From the IMG/VR virus record IMGVR_UViG_3300037483_000594, positions 32,001 through 96,000 of that record: DNA of 64,000 nucleotides, one strand, 5' to 3'. This DNA is from a virus. A program made the translations under genes and the position numbers. Below, piece after piece: positions 58,270 to 64,000 of this stretch. Under the pieces are notes generated by a model. It saw nothing but the letters and a program-made list of their open reading frames with translations, searched no databases and was not told the DNA's origin. Every line of letters starts with the position of its first letter. Positions within the stretch are counted from its first letter, which is position 1.

Positions 58270-58956
58270 CTACACTGTTTTGCGGAATGCTGTGACCAGG
58301 TCGCGTGCGAACGCTATGTCGTCCTTCAGAAGGTTCCACACGCTGTCTGGGTCGCGTTTGTAGGCCCCTCGGTCTGAGCGTGCTCCGGATTCGTCGAAGG
58401 CCGGCTCTCCGCGGGAGGTGCGCAAGACACGCGGGTTGAAAGTCACCGTTATGGGGTAGGGCACGGGGCCCTTCACCCCGGGGATCGTGCACAGGTGCAC
58501 GTCCTGTCGGGCAGCGCGGATGTTGACGTCCTTGTTTTTGGTCAATGCCGCGAAGGCGGTGCGCCCCAGGGCGACGATCAACAACGGGTCCACGCGGTAG
58601 ATGGCCTCGTGGAGGTGCGGTAGACAGGCCTTTACATTTGCTTGTTTCACCACCAGTTCTAGCACTCCGTCTTCGAGCGCCTCATACGGCGGGCAGGAAA
58701 GTACGAAGTCGCTGAAGCACCTCTGGACGTCCAAGTCCTGTTGCTCGAGCAGCAGGCGAAAGTCCGTGCCCCCTGTGCTCGTCCAGATGACCCCCGTGTC
58801 GTTCTCCTCTTCACGTGGGTGGTCCGTGACAAAGAATATGTCCGCCGTCCTGCTCCCAGCCCCTGCACACACATGTCCACGGTGGGCGGCGTAGGAGCAG
58901 CGTTGACACGTTTGCCACCGTTCGAGCTCCGGCAGTGTCTCTAGGATGATAGGCAT
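58270..58956 (-). CDS. uracil-DNA glycosylase family 4-like protein
   Basis: CQRC, GAGS..ADIFFV, P..EENDTG, CPP, ACLPHL, PLLIVALGRTA; degenerate catalytic motifs. Confidence 0.8.
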   Translation of the reverse strand: MPIILETLPELERWQTCQRCSYAAHRGHVCAGAGSRTADIFFVTDHPREEENDTGVIWTSTGGTDFRLLLEQQDLDVQRCFSDFVLSCPPYEALEDGVLELVVKQANVKACLPHLHEAIYRVDPLLIVALGRTAFAALTKNKDVNIRAARQDVHLCTIPGVKGPVPYPITVTFNPRVLRTSRGEPAFDESGARSDRGAYKRDPDSVWNLLKDDIAFARDLVTAFRKTV

Positions 58957-60305
58957 GTGGCAACCGAGTCGTGGGTAACATAGGGATACGCCTGCTTTTT
59001 TACCCAGCGCATCATATCAACACCCCTCTGGCGTAACGCGTGAGGGGTCTGATGCCATATAACAAAAATCAACGGGGTATTGTCACTCTCTCCGCGCTGG
59101 GTCCGTCCCACTGCCTGGGCCATGATGTTGGTGTTCCCGGTTTCCTCCAGAAAGACGAGAGTGTCGAGAGCCCCCTTGTCCAGGGCTTCGACGGCCATGT
59201 CGAAGGTGCCGAAGGACAGGCGCGCGTCGAGGAAGTTCTGCAACCTCGTGGACGCCGGCACCTCTTCGTGTAGTGCCGCGCTACCGGGGTACTGTCGGTG
59301 AAGTTGTTTTACCTTCTCCTTTGACCTCGAAATGAACAGCACGTTTCTTTCATGCTCTTGGCAGAACTGCACCAGTTCTTGTATCAGTGCCCGCTCGTTG
59401 GCGTGCGTGTAGAGCTCGTTGGCTAGTGCTGTGTGGTGTATCTCTCCCTTCGCCACGCAAACTCTTCGGCGCACCGCCGGGTCTTCGAGGTCTATGTTCA
59501 CGTCCTGGCGGATGAAGTGCACCTCTGGTTTGATGTCTTGTTCCAAGTACTCGTACCTGATGGGGCCTAGGTGCGAGAAGAAGACGTGCTCTGTGCCGTC
59601 CTGTCTCCGCGCTGTTGCCGTGCACCCGTAACGCGTTCCCGGGAACATAGACGCAGAAAGTATGAACAGCTTTGCGGATATGTGGTGGCACTCATCCCAG
59701 ATGATCGTCTCGAACCACTCTTGCATTTCCTTGGTCACCGAGCTGCGGTGACGGAGCAGGGTCTGTAGGCTCGCGATGACGACCGGGTGTTGCCACTTCC
59801 AGCGTTTTGGGGGTCCTTTGATAAACCCGAGCTCTCCGGAGAAGGTCACCTTCGCCTTTTTTGTGGCGGTGCCCTTCACCTCCCCGGCCCACTGCTCCAT
59901 GAGGGTGGAGCGGTGCACGATGATGAGCGTAGGACCCCCGCGGGTGGCAGCGACGTGGAGCATAGTCGGCGTTTTCCCGGCTCCACATCGGATATGGAGT
60001 ACGCCCCCATCTGCTGCCAGAAGCGCCGCTGCTGCCTCCCGCTGGATGGTCTTGGTGGGGTTTTTGGCGTCTAGGGTCACTAGACTGCTGAGCACCTTCT
60101 GATGTGTTTTTGGGCGAAGGTCGACAATCTCCGCCTGCGGGAGTTCGTCAGGCTGTAGGTAGTGTCGGGGAAGACCGATGTGAGAGGCTGTCTCTTCCCA
60201 CATCGGGGTGTCGTCAAGCGTCAGTACACGCTTGATAACGGCGGTGTTCACCAGCTCCTTGGGGAGCCAAAGCCTGGTGTCAACGTAGATCTTGTCCCGG
60301 TCCAT
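58941..60305 (-). CDS. superfamily 2 DNA helicase (UvsW/Rad25-like)
   Basis: CGAGKT, DECHH, TAT..R.DG, EALD, QAVGR..R. Confidence 0.9.
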   Translation of the reverse strand: MDRDKIYVDTRLWLPKELVNTAVIKRVLTLDDTPMWEETASHIGLPRHYLQPDELPQAEIVDLRPKTHQKVLSSLVTLDAKNPTKTIQREAAAALLAADGGVLHIRCGAGKTPTMLHVAATRGGPTLIIVHRSTLMEQWAGEVKGTATKKAKVTFSGELGFIKGPPKRWKWQHPVVIASLQTLLRHRSSVTKEMQEWFETIIWDECHHISAKLFILSASMFPGTRYGCTATARRQDGTEHVFFSHLGPIRYEYLEQDIKPEVHFIRQDVNIDLEDPAVRRRVCVAKGEIHHTALANELYTHANERALIQELVQFCQEHERNVLFISRSKEKVKQLHRQYPGSAALHEEVPASTRLQNFLDARLSFGTFDMAVEALDKGALDTLVFLEETGNTNIMAQAVGRTQRGESDNTPLIFVIWHQTPHALRQRGVDMMRWVKKQAYPYVTHDSVATCLSS

Positions 60306-60654
60306 TCTTTCCCCTTGGGCGCCACAGGAACGCGCCGAAAAACTTGGCTATTGTCATACTAGCCGTGATCAGGATGTTCAACAGCAGGTTCTTCCCCAGA
60401 CGCCCTGCTGTTGACTCTCCCTCGTAGGGGGTAAAGTTCGCGTGATGGGTCAGTGACGTGGTCGGCGGCACCGGTTGGATCGGAAGCGCGGAAGACTTCG
60501 TCGACCTTGCGTAGCTGACCGCGACGCGGCTTTTTCTGTCCTCCGCGCTACACTCAAGCGCGTCTTGGCAGTCCTGACACTCAGGGGCGTCCTCATCATA
60601 CTCGCCGAAGCACGGAGGTACGCCGCTGGTGCCAGTAAGGAAGGGGCTTCCCAC
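60280..60654 (-). CDS. hypothetical protein with Cys cluster and hydrophobic C-terminus
   Basis: CFG...ECQDC...C; first gene after GTTATAAG motif. Confidence 0.55.
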   Translation of the reverse strand: MGSPFLTGTSGVPPCFGEYDEDAPECQDCQDALECSAEDRKSRVAVSYARSTKSSALPIQPVPPTTSLTHHANFTPYEGESTAGRLGKNLLLNILITASMTIAKFFGAFLWRPRGKNGPGQDLR

Positions 60655-60785
60655 AATTACCTCACTTTCTAGCTAAAGGTTGTCTACTGCTTCTTATAAC
60701 GGGAAGCGCCCGATGTTTTTCATTACTTTGCGTAGACTTCGCACGCCTGGTAGTATGAGCGTAAGGCCTCGCTGCCGGGAGGATT

Positions 60786-61901
60786 TTGATGCGTTGTGTA
60801 GTCGACATGTACGATGATCAGTTTGCCCTTTTCCGGAAAGCGCTGAACGGCGGTGCACCCCCGGAGTTTGTCAAGACTGCGCAGCTACTGACGGTTTCGG
60901 AGCGGGAGCAGCTCCCTGACCACTGCTTTGCCCTGATCATGCAAGAGCAGGGGGAGACCCTACGCAAGTTCGCGTGCGTTGATGCGGCGCACGTGGCGGT
61001 GAGTGCTGTCTACCTCGACAAGCTTGCGAGCACCCTTCCGAAGGAGGCCGTGTCCAAGGCAGCGAACAACCTGTGTTTGGCTTGCCGTCGCTTCTCGATG
61101 GAGGTCCCAGAACGTTTGCGGAAGCTGGCGGCTGAGAGGCGCACGGTGATCCACGCGGACAACGCGCCGTTTTTGGAGAAGGCAGCGGCCGAGGTCTCAG
61201 GGCAGTGGGACCCCTATGTCACCACCACCGAGAGGTGGCCGGTGGCCCGGATGGAAAAGACAGGGGCCTCGGTGCACATCCGGGGGGCTGAGTGCCCGGT
61301 CAACACGCTCGGGCAGGTGAAGACCGCGGCGGCCCGGTTCGAGGCTGCGCAGCGCGTGTTACACCCCAGGGACAAGCGGCAGCTTGCGGTCACGCTGCGA
61401 ACAAAGCTCGCAGAGTTTGGGGTGGAGCCCGAGCCGGAGAGCTCAGTGGCTGCCCTGTCCGGGGATGCGCTGCGCCCAGACGACGAGTTGGTGCGTGCTC
61501 TTACGCAGCGCGCGGAGTTGTGGTCTCCGGAGGAAGCGGGGCCGGCGAGTGCCATGGCTGTGGAGCTGCTGGAGCAAAAGGATTCGCTGTCTCCTGACGA
61601 ACTCGCGGAAGCGTTGGCCACCCTCGACATCTCTACCGGGCTGGACCAGTACTGGGGGAGCAAGCTCACCAGCCCGTGGGAAGCTTTGCTCAACGAGTAC
61701 CACGCGCCGGAGGAGACGACCTGGGACGTGGACGGTGCTCCTGTGACTGCGGGGGATCTGGCGGCTATCGTTGCCGCGAACGGTGAGCAGATCTCCGCAA
61801 CTCTTGGCCCGGACGTTCTGGATGGACTGACCTCGGACCCGGAGACGGTGTTCCCCTCCCTGCCTCTGGACGTTAAGAAGGCGATTGTCGCGCTTCGGTA
61901 G
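60786..61901 (+). CDS. putative head/virion protein with multiple KxA motifs
   Basis: LPDHCFAL, RKFA; KTA/KLA/KAA motifs; GGAGG RBS. Confidence 0.6.
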   Translation: MMRCVVDMYDDQFALFRKALNGGAPPEFVKTAQLLTVSEREQLPDHCFALIMQEQGETLRKFACVDAAHVAVSAVYLDKLASTLPKEAVSKAANNLCLACRRFSMEVPERLRKLAAERRTVIHADNAPFLEKAAAEVSGQWDPYVTTTERWPVARMEKTGASVHIRGAECPVNTLGQVKTAAARFEAAQRVLHPRDKRQLAVTLRTKLAEFGVEPEPESSVAALSGDALRPDDELVRALTQRAELWSPEEAGPASAMAVELLEQKDSLSPDELAEALATLDISTGLDQYWGSKLTSPWEALLNEYHAPEETTWDVDGAPVTAGDLAAIVAANGEQISATLGPDVLDGLTSDPETVFPSLPLDVKKAIVALR

Positions 61902-61948
61902 TGGTATCATAAAAGTGGTGAGAACGCGCGAAGCGCAAAGGAGAAGCT

Positions 61949-63301
61949 ATGGGTAGCATCACGTTTGGGCCAAAGAGGCCGATCAGCCCGTTTCTTGCGC
62001 ACGGGTACAGTGGCAAGATCGGAGAGCTGTACCAGCTCCGGCGGCAGATCGACGACGCACTGACCGAGTTGGAAGGAAGGTCCGGGGACTTTCCGGTCAT
62101 CTACTCCACGACGACCGGGGTCCCCGCTGCCGGTGGGACCGCCACGATTCGTGGTGCGCACTTCCTGACGCAAAACGGCAAGACACAGACCTTTGCGTCC
62201 AAGACCTTCGGCACGGGGACGGCGGCGCTTACCATCACAGCGCTCAAGCCTGGCAAGGACGGGAACGACATCACCGTCGTTATCGTCCAAGGGGTGGGAG
62301 CGCTGGCGGTGACGGTGAGCAGCACGGCCATCACCATCACGCTGGCCGCCGCTGGGAGCACCGCCAACGCGGTGGCCACGGCCATCAATGCCGACAACGC
62401 TCAGACGCGTGGGTTGGTGCGTTGCGCCTCGGGCGGCGCCGGCACCGTGCTCATCGCGTCGCTGGCCCACCTGGCCGGGGGCACCGGGCTCGGGTTCTAC
62501 GCAGCGGTGGCCGGGGTCGAGCTGCTGCCCGCGAACACCGCAGGGACCGCAGGGGCGGCGGCGATCACGAACACCTCGATCGCGCTGACCGTGCCAGACC
62601 TTCGTGCGCAGTCCTACCCGCTGTACCCAGGGTACGACGTGGACTTCATCGTGCGCTGTGGCCCTGGGTCGGTGGCCCAGCAGCTCACACTCGTCTCCAG
62701 GACCCCTCCGGTGATCCAGGCGGTGGACGGCACCGCCCCCGCAGCGGCTGGCGGTGACTTCGAGCTGCACGGCTCCTACCTTACGCAGGGGCAGACCTTT
62801 GCGTCCAAGGTCTTCGGTATCGGGACGGCGGCGCTTACCATCACGGCGCTCAAGCCCGGGGACCCCGGAAACGACTTTACGGTCGTTATCGTTCAAGGCG
62901 CGGGTGCCCTGGCGGTGGCGATGGTCGGTACCGACATCACCATCACCTTGGCTGCTGCCGGAAGCACTGCCGACGCAGTGGCCACGGCCATCAACGCCAA
63001 CGCTGCGGACACCGACGGCTACGTGCGCTGTGCCTCAGGCGGGGGCGGCACCGTGCTCATCGCGGACCAAGCCAACCTCGAAGGGGGTGTCGGGGCCGGG
63101 TTCACCTGCACCGTGGGTGGCGTGGAAGCGCTTCCCGCCAACACCCCGGGGACCGCAGGGGCCGCTGCCATCACGGACGCTGTGGCTACCCTGACCGGTG
63201 CCGCCTTGGCCGGTGCCGGGCTGGTTGCCACCGACCGCGCGACGATCGTGATCGTCAGCGACAACGTCACCTCGAACGCCCCCATGGATATTCTCGCCTA
63301 G
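61949..63301 (+). CDS. virion structural protein with internal tandem domain duplication
   Basis: Ala/Gly/Thr-rich; ALTITALKPG..GND repeated. Confidence 0.7.
   Translation: MGSITFGPKRPISPFLAHGYSGKIGELYQLRRQIDDALTELEGRSGDFPVIYSTTTGVPAAGGTATIRGAHFLTQNGKTQTFASKTFGTGTAALTITALKPGKDGNDITVVIVQGVGALAVTVSSTAITITLAAAGSTANAVATAINADNAQTRGLVRCASGGAGTVLIASLAHLAGGTGLGFYAAVAGVELLPANTAGTAGAAAITNTSIALTVPDLRAQSYPLYPGYDVDFIVRCGPGSVAQQLTLVSRTPPVIQAVDGTAPAAAGGDFELHGSYLTQGQTFASKVFGIGTAALTITALKPGDPGNDFTVVIVQGAGALAVAMVGTDITITLAAAGSTADAVATAINANAADTDGYVRCASGGGGTVLIADQANLEGGVGAGFTCTVGGVEALPANTPGTAGAAAITDAVATLTGAALAGAGLVATDRATIVIVSDNVTSNAPMDILA
62186..63175 (+). repeat. imperfect direct repeat, ~385 bp x2 (62186-62569 and 62792-63175; offset 606)
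   Basis: Both copies start CAGACCTTTGCGTCCAAG and end ...ATCACG. Confidence 0.85.
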
Positions 63302-63338
63302 TACTGTCCAAACTTTTTTCGTCTTGTATACTTGAACC

Positions 63339-64000
63339 ATGGCGCGCCCTTTTAGTGCGGAGACCCTCTTCACACACCACGACTCACACCCCGTTGTTCT
63401 TGCGTCTGTTTTGGTAGAGCATCTTGACCCAGAGTGGGTTCTGTGGGAACCCGAAACATTGCGAGAAGAGATCCTCTCGGTTTTCAAAAAAAGCGACATA
63501 AGTACGCTCGTTTGGCAGAAGATTCAGGCAGTGCGGACGTGCATTGCTGTCGAGTCTCCGTGGAAAAACTACGGTGTTTTCGCCGTGGTACTGCAGCCGA
63601 TAAACAACAACCTGGTCGACTTTGTCTCGTTGCAACAGCCCACGTTGGCGCAGTGTGCTTTTGCGGTGACGGTGCTTCAGGAGATCGACGATCACGTGTT
63701 CAGTGACGAGGTGGAGCGCTTTGTCGCGGCGGAGGCTTTGGACGACGGGGTGGTCTGTCTTCCGCGTGTTCTGTCTTTCGCGCAAGAGTGGGTCACCGAG
63801 CCGCGGTACAGGTGCGCTTGTGGGTGGGTTGGTGACGCGCGTGAGGTGGACACCTGTTGGCGGTGTGGCGGGTCCTCACTCAAAAGGTTCTCTGTTTTCG
63901 ACCCCTCCCCGGTGCAGAAACGGTATGATGAGTTTGTCAAAAAGGCGGATCGTAGCGCTCTTAGCCTCGACGATGGTATTGATGTGCAAGTCAGTAAGCT
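63339..64000 (+). CDS. putative virion protein (partial, runs off window)
   Basis: MARPFSAETLFTHHDSHPVVL...WEPETL...; open to window end; TATACT 6 nt upstream. Confidence 0.65.
   Translation, partial: MARPFSAETLFTHHDSHPVVLASVLVEHLDPEWVLWEPETLREEILSVFKKSDISTLVWQKIQAVRTCIAVESPWKNYGVFAVVLQPINNNLVDFVSLQQPTLAQCAFAVTVLQEIDDHVFSDEVERFVAAEALDDGVVCLPRVLSFAQEWVTEPRYRCACGWVGDAREVDTCWRCGGSSLKRFSVFDPSPVQKRYDEFVKKADRSALSLDDGIDVQVSK

Noticed and set aside
53498-63175. Diversity-generating retroelement (RT plus the 62.2/62.8 kb repeat as TR/VR)
   Set aside because: The RT has the retron NAxxH motif. The repeat copies are both coding within one gene and their differences are not adenine-specific.
1-64000. 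Genome-wide TAG stop-codon reassignment
   Set aside because: Many intact genes end at TAG with the next gene starting immediately; only one in-frame TAG interruption was found.

Overview
This 64-kb window is a segment of a large, GC-rich tailed (myovirus-like) bacteriophage genome. It has no rRNA, CRISPR array or integrase. Layout: (1) 1-15.9 kb, plus-strand accessory genes: a DNA methyltransferase, a DnaJ-like protein, a pentapeptide-repeat protein, a sigma-70 factor, an AAA+ ATPase and a secreted SLT-type lysin. These are interrupted by a ~330-nt structured noncoding region with a circularly permuted tRNA-like (YrlA/Y RNA-like) domain at 10.6-10.9 kb, and by a ~700-bp noncoding region with eight ACTGATCA repeats and an AT-rich inverted repeat (candidate origin or terminus) at 11.4-12.1 kb. 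(2) 15.9-41.4 kb, baseplate, tail and tailspike genes, a second sigma factor and lysis-like membrane proteins. (3) 41.4-60.7 kb, a minus-strand replication/recombination operon: RusA, a Cas4-like nuclease with an in-frame TAG, RecA, intein-containing PolA, an SSB-like protein, primase, DnaB, UDG and an SF2 helicase. A retron-type reverse transcriptase cassette with a hairpin-rich upstream noncoding region sits between helicase and primase. (4) 60.8-64 kb, further putative virion genes. The best candidates for an undescribed system are the conserved helical protein followed by the permuted tRNA-mimic RNA with no adjacent Ro protein, and the retron-like cassette inside the replisome operon. All calls come from motif recognition by eye; no database searches were run.
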